Below are positions 49,024 through 60,378 of a DNA stretch of 64,000 bases, one piece after another. The DNA comes from Cyanophora paradoxa CCMP329 (lineage: Eukaryota > Plantae > Glaucophyta), in the NCBI GenBank assembly GCA_004431415.1, contig QPMI01000017.1, positions 806,001 through 870,000 of the forward strand. Direction: 5' to 3'. Position numbers and translations under genes: made by a program. Under the pieces are notes generated by a model. The model worked only from the letters and a program-made list of their open reading frames with translations, made no database searches and was not told where the DNA came from. Numbering within the stretch: the first letter of the stretch is position 1; the number at the start of each line of letters is the position of its first letter.

Positions 49024-52000
49024 CTAGGCCTCCTGCCGGACGATGCCGGCGGGGAAGGCGTCGGCCTCGGCCGCCTCGGGCCCCGCAGGCCCCTCGGGCC
49101 CCTCGCCGCCCTCGCCCTCGGGCGCCGGCGCCGGCTCGGGCTCGGGCTCGAGGCGGGGCGGCTCCGGGATGGACATGCGGCGGGAGGAGTCCGGGGCGAC
49201 GAGGGGCACGGTGAGGGCGACGGCCGCCTCGGCGGCGCGGCGGGCGGCGCCCAGGGCCGCCACCGCCGCCCCCGCCGTCGCGCTCGCCAGGTCCCCGAAC
49301 ATCTCCGCCAGGCTCGCCGCCGGGCCCTGGATCGCGATCGTCGGGCCCGGGCCCCCCCGAGGCCGGCCGCAGGCGCCGCCCCTGCGCGGCCGCCGCGGCG
49401 CCCTCGGCGGCGATGCGGCGGCGGTGCTGGTGCCCGCGGTAGGCCGCCTGGACGAGGGTGACGGCGTAGTGCATGTGGAGCAGCGTCTCCCGCTCGGCCT
49501 CGAGGCCCAGCAGGCGGGCCTCGTCGGCCGCCCGCTGGTGGTGCCGCCGCAGCGCGGGGAAGCGCCCCTGCGCCATCGAGTCGATCTGCCGCCGCGTGTG
49601 CGGCGGCAGCGCGTAGCCGTGCGACTGCGCGGGCCCCGGTCGGTCGGCGAGTCGCGGGCGGAGAGAGAGGGGGGGAGGGGCGGGGGGCTCGGGGGCCGCG
49701 CACCCGGTAGACGTTGTTGATGAGGGCGCGGAGGACGTCGAAGACGTGGACGCGGCCGTCGGCGACGGGCACGTTGGCCATGTCGCGCAGCATCGCCAGC
49801 GTCGCCAGCCGCGCGTCCCCCGCGTCCTCCCGCGCCAGCCCCAGCACGTGCCCGGACTCGCGCAGCAGCGTCCGCATCGCCGCCCCGACGCGCACGAAGC
49901 CCGAGGCCGCCGGGTCCAGCCGCTCCCACGCCTCCACGAACCGCGTGATGTCCCGCTCCTGCCGCCCCGCGGATCAGACCCGCGCGCGTCCCATTTAAAA
50001 TGAATTGGAAGAGGGTGGAGGGATGCTGCCTCAGATTAAATCAGTTTAGTTAAAACGATCAGGAATCAAGCAAGAGAATTCGTCCTCGGCAGCAGCGGCG
50101 AGGAGAGAGAGAGGACGGGGCGGGGGGCGGGCGGGGGCGGACCTTGACGTGGTAGTCCTCTCGCCCCGAGACGACGTCGAACGAGTCGAGGACGACGGCG
50201 ACGAAGAGGTTGTTCCCGATCACGTACGTCAGGAACATGAACGACACTGCCCGGGGGGGTACAGGCTGCTGTAAGCGGGGAGGGGGGAGGGGGGAAGGAG
50301 GGGGAGGAAAGGGGGGGTGCGGGGCGCACCAAAGTAGATGGGCGCGAGGGGCGTCCCGCAGTCCTGGAAGGGCACACCGGGCCGGCAGCCGCTGCTCTCG
50401 TCCCGCATGTGGTCCCACATCTGAGGCCGCCCGCCGCTCAGGGGGCGCTCCAGGGGGGCGGGGGCGCGCGCGTGCGCACGATCCAGTTCCAGTTCTCGCC
50501 GGTCGTCTGCGATCGAGGGCGATCAGAAGGGAGAAGGACAAAGAGGGATGCCCGCCCGCCCCGGCGAGTACCATGCGGAAGAGGGTGATGAGGGCGCGCG
50601 GCAGGTCCCTGAAATTGGCGTCGTCCGAGAGCTGCGCGCGCGGGGCCCCCGCGCGTGAGGGGCCGCCCAGGGACCAGGCGGGGGACGGGGTGGCGGGGTG
50701 GCGCGCCTGGGTGGCCCCCTCGAGGGTCACGAAGCGCAGGGTCCAGACGCCGACGACCCCGTACACGAATATGATGAGGGAGAGCAGCAGCCCGATCGTG
50801 CACAGCGCCGGCAGGCACTGCGGCGCCCCGTCAGCGCGCGGCCGGCGGGGGCGGTGGAAGGGAGCAGAGGCGAGGGCGGGGAAAGGGGCGGGCCGGTGCC
50901 TCAGGCTCATTAAATCAGTATTTTGCGCTCATGGGGTCACGTCTAAGGTGACATCCTCGGCAGGCCCGCCGCAAGAGGGGTCGAACGGAAGATCGGCATT
51001 AGATAGATACGAAAAGGGCGGGGACTGCCTCAGATTAAATAGGTTATATTAAAAACGATCAGGAATCAAGTGATTGCAATGAGGCTCGTCCTTGGCAGTG
51101 GATCATTAAAGAGGTATTAAAGGGGTGAAATATTAATAGAGTGTAAAGATGCGGCATCACACAGATTGGAGAAAGTGGCGAACTGCCTCAGATTAAATAG
51201 GTTATGTTTGAACGATCAGGAGTCAAGTGATTGTAAGAGGTTCGTCCTTGGCAGTGGATCATATTAGAGGTGAAATTATAGAGGTGAAACAATGAAAGAA
51301 TGTTGTAAAGGTGCTGCATCAAAAAGATCGGAGAAAGTGGCGAACTGCCTCAGATTAAATAGGTTATGTTTGAACGATCAGGAGTCAAGTGATTGTAAGA
51401 GGTTCGTCCTTGGCAGTGGATCATATTAGAGGTGAAATTATAGAGGTGAAACAATGAAAGATTGTTGTAAAGGTGCGCATCAAAAAGATCGGAGCAGGTG
51501 GCGAACTGCCTCAGATTAAATAGGTTATGTTTGAACGATCAGGAATCAAGTGATTGTAAGAGGTTCGTCCTTGGCAGTGGATCGATGAGAGTGACATTCC
51601 AGTCCGCTAGATAGAGAAACCCAAAGCCCCCAAAGCAGGCGGGGGGCGGGGGCGGGGCGGGGGCTGCTGCCTCAGATTAAATCAGTTTAGTTTAAAACGA
51701 TCAGGAATCAAGCAAGAAGGTTCGTCCTTGGCAGCAGCGAATATTAAGGTTCGAATAATTAAGAGGGGAAGATTTAATATTTATAACAAAAAGCCCAAAG
51801 AAGGAATGCGGGGCGTGGCGGGCGGGGGCGAGTGGGCGGGCGGGGCCCACCTGGACGAGGGTGGTGAAGAAGACGCGGACGCTCCTCAGGCGCTTCGCGA
51901 GGCGCATCATCCGCAGCATGCGCAGCATCCGGAGCGCTGCGCGGCGGGGCGGCCGCCCGGCCGGCCGGCGTGAGGCGCGGGGCGGTGCAGAGGGGGGCGG

Positions 52001-53003
52001 GCGGGGCGGGGGAGGGCGGCGGGGCGCACTGCGGAGGAAGTTGGGGTTGAAGCCGAGGATGCCGAAGGCGTTGAGGAAGATGCTGATGAAGCCTGCGCAG
52101 CCGCCCCGCCCGTCAGGCCGCCGCCACACGCCGGGGGCGGGCCGGGCCGGGCGCCGGCACGCACCGAGGAGGGTGATGATGCAGTCGAAGATGTTCCAGC
52201 CCTGCGTGGCGCAGGTCGGAAGAGGCGGGAAGAGGGGCGGGGCGGGGCGGCGGCGGGGCGCGGCGCGGGGGCGGGCGGATCGGTGGCGGCTGCCTCAGCA
52301 GATATTTAGCGAATGAGTGTGTGTGTTTGCATCACGGCAAATCAATGGCCTCGAGAGCTGGTCATCCCTGGCAGCTCGCGCCCCTCCCCTCCCGGAACGA
52401 AGGCGGTACCCCCCCCCTCCCCCCCGGGGGCCCCGAGCGCACGGAGACGAAGTAGACGCGGGGCCCGAGCCCGACGAGCTTGACGGCCAGCTCCACCATG
52501 AAGAAGACCGCGAAGGCCGTGTTCAGGCCCCTGCCGGCGGGGGTCAGGGAGGGGGGAGAGGGGGGGAAGGGGGGCGGGCGGGCGGGCGGGCGGGCGGGGA
52601 GGGGCCGCACTCGAGGGCGACGTCCTCGTAGGCGGGGCGCGGGTTGCGCTGGCACGCGAAGACGATGATGTTGGCGAAGATGGCGAGCGAGACGATTGCG
52701 TCGAAGGTGCGCGTGTGCACGAGGTTGAAGACGCGGCGGCGGAGCGGGTGCTCCGGCGGGTTCATCTTGGAGCGCAGCTGCTGCTGCATGGCGACGAGGA
52801 GCGCGTCGCGCCACTCGCGCTGCGTCTTGTTGAGGAGGCCGACCTCGTGCGAGGCGCCCTCCTCGTCCGCCTGCCGCGCCTGGCTGAAGAAGTAGACGAG
52901 CGTTCCGATGATCATCGCCAGCCCGAAGTACAGCCCGCAGTACAAGAACGCGTGGTACCTTGGACGGAGGCGCCGGGTCAGCGAGGGCAGCGGGGGAGGG
53001 GAA

Positions 53004-53035
<32 letters not shown>

Positions 53036-56000
53036 CGCACCACCAGGCGGTGAAGTAGGACGCGTTGCGCTGGACGGCGAGTCCGACGCCGACGGTGTCC
53101 TGGGCGTTGAACATGAGCGCGTTCCACTGCTCGAGCGCCTGGACCTCGAAGAGGTGCAGCATCGCGTAGAAGTAGTTGTCCATGCTCTGCCAGTAGAAGA
53201 GCCGCTCCCACGCCCGCTCCCGCTCGATGCCCGTCACGGGGTCCAGGAAGCGGCCGGCGCAGGCCGCCTTGGACCCGTACGCGGGGTCCGGGTCGCTGCA
53301 GCGCCACCACTTGCCGCCGTAGAGGCGGACGCCGACGATGGCGAAGACGGACCAGAGGATCCAGTTGATGAGGAGGACGCGGAGGAGGACGCCGCCGCCG
53401 GTGGAGAACATGTTGAGGAGGGCGCGGAAGGTGCGGAGGCGGAAGAGGAGGCGGAGGAGCATGAGGGAGCGCAGGGCGCGGATGGAGCGGAGCGAGTCGT
53501 TGCGCGCCGCCGCGCCGGCGGCGCCGCCGGCCGGCGCCGACGACTCGAAGGCGACGGAGAGGACGGCGGTGACGACGACGACGCAGTCGACGATGTTGAG
53601 GGGGTTGCGCAGGTAGGCCCCCTCGTTGAGGACCAGGCCCTTGGAGATGACCTTGAGGAGGAGCTCGGCGGCGAAGAAGGCCGTGAAGAAGTAGTTGAGC
53701 TGCGCGATGACGGGCGACGCGTCGTCCGTCTCCGTCGCCTCGTACGCCATCGCCGCCGCGTTCGCCACGATGACCGCCATGACCACCGCCGCGAACCAGT
53801 CCCGCTTCACGATGTGCGCCCGCACGAACTTGCGCACGGGGTTCTCCCACGAGAAGACGAAGAGCGAGCGCGACTGCTTGTGCGTGTAGGGCGCCATCGC
53901 GCGCTGGACGCGGTGGGTCAGCCCCTGGAAGGCGCCCCACGTCTCCCGCGTCGTGTGCCGGATGCGGTTCGTGAGCTGCCCCAGGCTCGTGTCGCTGAAG
54001 CCCCCGAAGCTGCCGCTGTCGCTCCACACGTCGTTGCGGCACTCGGAGCGCGAGCCGTCCTCGTCCTCCTCCCACGTGTACTCGCCGTCGTCGTCCTCCT
54101 CCCCCTCCTCCCCCTCGTAGTCGTCGTCCTCCGCCTCGCCGTCCTCGCCCTCGCCGGGGGCCGGCCGCTCGTCTTCCGGGACGGCCCCCAGCCCCTTCTC
54201 GGGGTCGAGGCCCTCGCCGGCGCCGGCCGCCCCCAGCGACGACGTCGGCGACGTCGGCCCCTCCCTGGAGCCCCGCCGCCCGGCGTCCGCTGACCGCTTC
54301 CGCGCCTTGGACGACGGCGGCCGCGGCGGCTTCCCCGCAGAGCCGCCGCTCAGCGCGCTGCGTCCGCTTCGCACCGATGCGTTGTCGCCCGCCCCGGGCG
54401 CCTCGCCGGGCGCCCGCGCCGCTCCCGATCGGCGGCGTCGTCGTCGCCGCCCCGACGACTTGGCCGAACGGTTCGAGCGGTTCGACGCGTGCTGCGGCCG
54501 GGGTGGGCGACGCGGTGAGCCGGCGGGGCGGGGCGTGGCGCACCGACTTGACGGAGCGGGCGTCGTCGTCCCTTCCCCCGCCCTCGTCCCCGCTCGTGCT
54601 CGCGCCGGGCAGCGACACGACCGCCGCCGCGTCGGCGCCCTTGCCCGCCCCCTTCATGTCCAGCCTCGGCACCGTCAGCAGCCGCACGCTCCTCGCCTGC
54701 TCCACCACGACGCCCTTCGACGGCGGCGCCGCCCCCGGCGGCCTCAGGCCGCCCTCCTGCCCCGCCGCCTCCAGCTCCTCCTTCGGAGGCTCGGGCGCCG
54801 CCGCCGCCGCCTCGCTCGCTGCTGCCTCTGCATCCGCCGCCGCCGCCGCCGCCTCGGCCGCCTCGGCCGCGCGCTGCCCGACCTCCTCGAGGAAGGCTGC
54901 GTTGAGGCTGTCCGAGGCGCCCACGACCTGCAGCGGCCCCGCCGCGCTCCGCCCCTCGGGCGGCGAGCCGCCCCCCGTGGTCGCCGTGGACGGGTCCGAC
55001 ACGAGGCGGCCCGAGAGGGCGCGCACCGAGGGGGCCCCGGGGCCGAGCCCGGGCGCCGGCGCCCCCGCCTCCCGCTCCACCGCCCCCTCCGAGTCCGACG
55101 GGCTGCCCGGCGCCTCCGCCTCCGCCGGCGCGCCCGGCGGCGGGCTCGGGCTCGCCGCGGGGGGCGCGGGGAAGGCTGCGGCGGAGGCTGCGGCGCCCTC
55201 CGGGACGCCGGCGAGGCTGGGCTCGGAGCGGGGCGGGCGCTGCGAGCCGCCATCCGCAAGGAGCGCCGTGACGACCTCGCTGCTGCCGCTGAAGGAGAAG
55301 TTGCGGAGCTGGATGGAGCCGGCGCGCCCCACCTGCTCCTGCAGCCCCGAAACGCCCGCCGGCATCGACGGCGCGCGCGCAAGAGGCGGAAGCGCCGCCC
55401 CCGGGCGCCGCGTCCCCGCCTTGCGCGCCGAGCCGTCGGCGCTCAGGTCCGTGAGGGACATCGGGGAAGCGGGGCGTGGGGCGTGGTCCCCGTTCGAGGA
55501 CGCCGGGCCGAGCTCGGTGTACTCGGGGGCCGCCGCGGCGTCCGGGTCCGAAGCCTTAGGCGAGCGCGCCTCCGGGGAGTCCTTGGCGGACGAGTCCCAC
55601 GCCCGCGCCGTGTGCTGGTGCTGGTGCTGGAGGGCCGCCGCCGCCGGGGCGAGCGGCAGCGGGGCAACCTGGTTCGAGCGCACGCGGCCGCCCCCGCCGC
55701 CGCTCGCTTGCTCCTCGCCAGCCCGGGGCGCAAGCCGTTCCTCCTCCAAGTTATCCAGCGACGGGAGCTGGATATTCTGCGGGGGCGCCCCCGCGTCGGA
55801 TTCCGGAGCGGAAGGGGCGCGGCGCGCGGAAGGGCGCACCGACTTGACGGCGATGAGAGCCTGGCCGGCGCCGGCGCCGGGCGCAGTGAGCGCGAGCGCC
55901 GCGTTCTGAGCCGCCGCCGCGACGGTCGAGGGCCTCGGGGCGACGGCGGCCCTCGGCTGCTCCGACGGGGGCGGCTTGCTCTTGCGGGTGCGCCCCGTCC

Positions 56001-59000
56001 TGGACGCGGCGCCGCCGCCGGCGCGGCTCCCGTCCTCGTCGTCCGAGTCCCTGGGCTGGGCGGCGGCGAGGGCGACCTTCATGGAGGGGAGGTCGTCGCA
56101 GATGTTGACGATGACGATCGTCTGGAGCACGTTGACGAGCACGTAGAGGCCGAGCACGATGACGACGACGAAGTAGATAACGGCGGCGGCGCCGGCGGCG
56201 CGCATCCCGTCGAACATCACATCGTTCCAGCTGTCCAGCGTGATCACCTGCACGACGGCCAGGTACGACGCGTACAGCGAGTCGAAGTTCGTCCGCCGCG
56301 CCTCCTCCCGCACGCCCGCTGCGGGGGACAGGCGGCTCGGACGGGGCGCGCGCGAGGGGCGCGGGGCGGGGGCCGGGGCGGGGCGGGGCGGGGCGGGGGC
56401 GCGAGGGCAGGCGGATCGGCGCGGCTGCCTCAGCAGATATTAAGCGAATGAGTGTGTGTGTTTGCATCACGGCAAATCAATGGCCTCGAGAGTTGGTCAT
56501 CCCTGGCAGCTCGCGCTCCTCCCGGAACTAAGGCGGTACCCCTCCCCCAGTAGCGGAGGCGGACCCTGCAGGAAGCTGGGGCAGCGGTTGGAGTAGAGGC
56601 AGTGCCCGCCGAAGAGCTGCATGCCGACGAGGGCGAGGACCAGGCTGCGGGCGACGAGAGGTCAGGCGGCGCCGGCGCGGGCGCTTGGGCGGCCTCGGGC
56701 GGCCTCGGGCTGGGCCTGGAGCGCACAGGCCGACGCCGAAGAAGGGCATATAGTTGACGAGCGAGCGGAAGGCGCGGTACATGTTCTTGATCAGGATCGC
56801 GAAGATCCTGCGGCGCGGGGCCGGCGTCAGAAAGGGACGGAGCGGGGCCGGGCCCCGCGCGCGCGGCTCCGCCGGAGGGAAGGGGAGAGGAGAGGCGCAC
56901 CGGTCGTACTCGGCGAGGGGCCGGAGGAGGACGAGGACGCGGAGGGCGTTGCCGTAGGGGCGCTCGACGCCGGTGGCGACCTCGACGATGGTCCAGATGG
57001 TGCACGGGAACTCGACGAGGCCCCACTTGGAGGCGAAGTAGCGGCGGAAGCCGAAGGCGAGGATCTCGGCGAAGCAGGCGGCGCCGAAGAGCGCCGTGAA
57101 GAAGACGTAGAGCGCGCGGTGCACCGCCTCGGCGGCCGGGCCCTGCTCCACGTGGTACGCCGCCAGCGAGATGTAGTTCGCGATGTACGCGAGGTTCACG
57201 GTGAGGCGGTACGTGCCCGTCAGGATGATCCGGATGGCCCGCTGCCGCGCCGCCGAGCTGCGCCAGGCCGCCGAGGCGCGGGCGACGCTGGCCTTGAGGC
57301 GCGTGAGGCGGGCGCCGCCGGCGTGGGAGACGGCGCCGGCGAGGCCGTCGCGCAGGACGTCGACGGTGACGCGGAGGGGCTTCACGTTGAACATCGTCGT
57401 GCTGCGGGTGAGGAGCTGGAGGACGATCTGCGCCCCCGGGTTGCCCCGCGCCGCCTTCGCCTCGATCCGGTCGATCTCGTCGAACTTGGTCGTGATGGCC
57501 GCGATGAACATGTTCAGGATGAGGAAGGAGCCCAGCACCGTCATCACGATGAAGTAGGGGTACGCGATCCAGTGCGAGGTCGTGTGGCCCACCCAGTACA
57601 TGTACATCGACCACTGGCTCAGCGTCAGCGACTGGAAGACCGTCAGGCACGCCACGCCGAACTGCGGGCGGCGCGGGTCAGCGGCGCCGGGGCGGGGCGA
57701 TGCCGCTGGAAGGGGCGGGGCGGGGCGCGCGTTGTCGAAGCCGACGAAGCCCCAGGCGGGGTTGCTCCAGCCCTCGAGGCGGTCGACCCACTTTCCGCAG
57801 AAGGCGCCGGGCCCGCACGAGCGGCTCGCCCCCAGCGGGTCGCAGAGGTGCGAGGGGTAGACGTCCTGCCCCGGGAAGGCGTCGAGCGAGGCGCCCTCCG
57901 CGAAGCCGGAGAGGGCGTCGATGCAGCGGTACTGGAGAGAGCCCTCGAAGAGCTGCATGCCCGTGATGGCGAAGAGGGAGAAGAAGAAGGCCAGCTGGAT
58001 GCCCACGTTGAGCATGATCGGCGCCACCGCCGCCACCGCCTTCCCCAGCACCTGCAGCCCCGCCCCGCCGTCAGCCTCCTCAGCGGCCGCATGGCCGGCG
58101 CCGCCTCGCGCACCCGCATCGTCGGCAGATAGTTCTTCAGGCCGCGCATCGCCCGGAAGAGCCGAACAGTCCGGATGGACGCCAGGTTACCTGGGCGGCC
58201 GCGTCGGCGGGGCGCGCGGGCGCCCGCGGGAGGCCCTGACGGCGCACCGAAGTTGGGAGCGAGCGAGGCCCACCCTAGGGCCACGACCGCCAGGTCCACC
58301 CCTGCGCGACGCGCTCAGGGCCGGGCGTGCACCGCGAGAGCAGCAGGGCGCTCACAGGCCCAGCCCGCCCTGAGGTATGCCTTTTTGTTGAAGATCAAGC
58401 CACGCGCGACAGACTGCGCGGGGGGGGAGGGGGGCGGGGCCGGGGCGTCAGGTCACGGGAGCGGAGGAGACGTTCAGCTACAGCGCAGAGGCGCACCTGC
58501 ATTACTAGCTCTATTGAAAAACAGATGGTGAAAGCACTGCGGCGCGAGGGAGAACAACGTCATCGCGGGCGCGGGCGACCTGGAACCGCGGGGAGGGCCA
58601 GGGCGCACAATTCCAGCCAGTCGAGGATCTTCTGCCTGCGGGCGAACTCAGTGGTCCGCGGAGGACGGTGTGCGAAAGACGAGACCGCACCGCTCGCAAA
58701 AGTCGCTCGCCTCGCAGACGGGATCACGAGCAGCGATGCTCATGAAGTTCGCCAGCGTGAGCCAGACAAAGAACACTGAAGAGGGGTTAAAAGACCGCAA
58801 AGAATCTTGCCACTCGCGGGCGGACCGTAGTAGTATCTGCAAGCGCAGTTGGAAAGATGAGAAGAGAGAACCGCGAAGCAGGAGGACCACACGCACTTGT
58901 GAAGAACGACGCGTTGAAAGAAGACGCGGATAGGGTTACTAGCGGAAAAGAGAAAGAGAGACTTGCTGGAGTCGAAAACGTGGTGGAAGAGCTTTTCCCT

Positions 59001-59678
59001 GCGGCGGCGGTTCAGCGCGGTGCCCGCTCGTGCGCGGAAAAGCTATCGCAAGAACGGGTGCGCGGGGACGGTCCTAGGGAGGAAGGCGCTGACCTGTGCT
59101 GTACAGAAGCGCTCCAAGCGCAGAAGACCTCCTCGTCCTCATCCATACGTGTCCTCTTCGTCTTCCGCTCCGCGAACTGGCGAGCGTGAGCAGAGGGCGC
59201 GTGGGCGGCCTGTCCGGCAGAGAGCTGTCTCCTACCACTTTTTTCTTGGCGATGGATGCAATGGCTGCGTGTGCTTGCCCGAAAGCAGCTTGTGCGGCTT
59301 GTGCGTTGGCCGATAGCATGTTCTGCGGAGGAGAGCCAACGGATGAGCGAGAGGCTTGATCCACGTCCTATGCAATGCTCCTGGAAGCGTTTCGGGCGCA
59401 AAAACCTTGAGGTTGCCCGCTGCGAAGTTGAGGCTGGCTGCAAAGTTGCCGGCGGAGCTTGGGGCCCGCTGCCTGTTGGAACCTTTTGTCTTGTTGCTGT
59501 CGCCTTCAGCTCCATCCTGCGTCACGCTCAAGGTGCCGCTGGGTAGGTTCTTCACGCTCAAGGAGCTGCTGGGCCGACCACGCCCCGGCGCATCGCTAAC
59601 AGCTGCCTCGGAGCGAGAGGCCTCCGAGGCAGCTGGCGGTTCCGGCTCTATCCGCAGCGCGGGCACGACAGCCGCCAT
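49024..59678 (-). CDS. Four-domain voltage-gated Ca2+/Na+ channel-family alpha subunit (Cav/Nav-like), multi-exon
   Basis: Four 6-TM repeats. S4 segments IRTVRLFRAMRGLK (I), ALRVLVLLRPL (II), LRSIRALRSLMLLRLLFRLR (III), LRMLRMLRMMRLAKR (IV). Pore helices VFQSLTLSQW, VVQVITLDSW, LFEVQALEQW, LFRM|TTGENW. S6 motifs LNMFIAAI and NNLFVAVVLDSF. C-terminal EF-like RFVEAWERLDP and IQ-like VQAAYRGH. Both ends approximate. Confidence 0.9.
50024..50094 (-). ncRNA. Candidate intronic box C/D snoRNA, family A copy 1
   Basis: 7-bp terminal stem TGCTGCC/GGCAGCA, C-like AGGACGA, internal CTGA (D'), terminal CTGA preceded by AACTGATTTAAT (complementary to 18S AUUAAAUCAGUU). Confidence 0.7.
50897..50962 (-). 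ncRNA. SNORD57: Intronic box C/D snoRNA, U57 (SNORD57)/snR51-like, predicted to guide 2'-O-methylation of 18S rRNA A99/A100
   Basis: Minus strand reads TGCC-GAGGATGT..ACTGATTTAATGAGC-CTGA-GGCA. It has a terminal stem, a D box and a 15-nt guide complementary to the conserved 18S segment GCUCAUUAAAUCAGU. The D+5 rule hits the A of CUCAUU. The 18S and U57 sequences are recalled, not searched. Confidence 0.85.
51025..51577 (-). ncRNA. Tandem array of four candidate box C/D snoRNAs (family B: 51025-51098, 51183-51254, 51345-51416, 51506-51577) in one ~1-kb intron
   Basis: Each reads ACTGCC-AAGGACGA..CTGA..TAACCTATTTAAT-CTGA-GGCAGT on the host sense strand. Periods are 158, 162 and 161 bp. AT-rich compared with the host gene. 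Confidence 0.65.
51663..51738 (-). ncRNA. Candidate intronic box C/D snoRNA, family A copy 2
   Basis: 9-bp stem GCTGCTGCC/GGCAGCAGC; same boxes and D guide as 50024-50094. Confidence 0.7.
52289..52375 (-). ncRNA. Candidate intronic box C/D snoRNA, family C copy 1 (target not identified)
   Basis: GCTGCC-A-GGGATGA (C)..TTGA (D')..GTGATGC (C')..CTGA (D)-GGCAGC, 87 nt, inside intron ~52202-52442. Confidence 0.7.
56424..56510 (-). ncRNA. Candidate intronic box C/D snoRNA, family C copy 2
   Basis: 85/87 identical to 52289-52375, in a different intron (~56320-56565) of the channel gene. Confidence 0.7.
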
Positions 59679-60378
59679 GCCGCCCTCGAGCGGTGCGGCT
59701 GCCCGCGGCCCGATAGCCGCCTTGCAAGCTGCTATCGACAAGGACTCCCGGGTGGCTTCATTTCTCTTGTATCGGCAAGCAAGCTGAAGAAACCGCTCGT
59801 GCTCCGAACTGATGAACAGAGTACCCCCCGGCTCACGCAAATTGAGCGCTCTGCAGCTGCGTGCAGGACGATAGCTGCTCGCATTTGGGTTGAGAAAAGT
59901 CTTGAAGCATCGATTTCAGCGCTCCCCTGAACAGTCCGCGCGAACCGACCTTAATGAGCTCACTGTCAATTGCAAGTAACGCGTCGCGTAATACGCTACT
60001 ATATATATCGTACTAAGCTACGCATGCGCACGTGTACGCCTTACTACTACAGCTACGACAGTAGTACGCCGCTGTACGCGTACGCGGTCCGCGGCCGGGA
60101 TTCGCGCACGCGAACGCTTTCCGAAAGTTCCACCGCGGCACTGGGCAGGACCAGCCTATATGCTAGGCCGGGGCGCAGCGCTTGTCCGCTCCGCTGCAGC
60201 TGCAACGTTAACGGCCGCGGGCCGGGGCGCCGGGGCGCGCCGCGCGCGGCCCAGCCTGGCAGCTGCAGCGCTCAGCGGCGCGTGTCCGAGAGAGCGCTTT
60301 AATATAACCGAATACAGCGAAAGCGAACGATTTGGTCCTCAGCGACTAAGCGAGAGAGAGCGAGAGAGAGAGAGAGAA

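Noticed and set aside
51255-51505. Second snoRNA family in the array spacers (TAGAGGTGAAATT resembles an 18S segment; GGATCATTA at ~51100 resembles the 18S 3' end)
   Set aside because: Boxes are weak, the motif is an internal short repeat, and it is not conserved in the first spacer. It may be chance; small-RNA data would settle it.
51025-51738. CRISPR-like array
   Set aside because: Repeats are ~72 nt, spacers are near copies of each other, there are no cas genes, and the array lies in a eukaryotic intron. Box C/D features explain it better.
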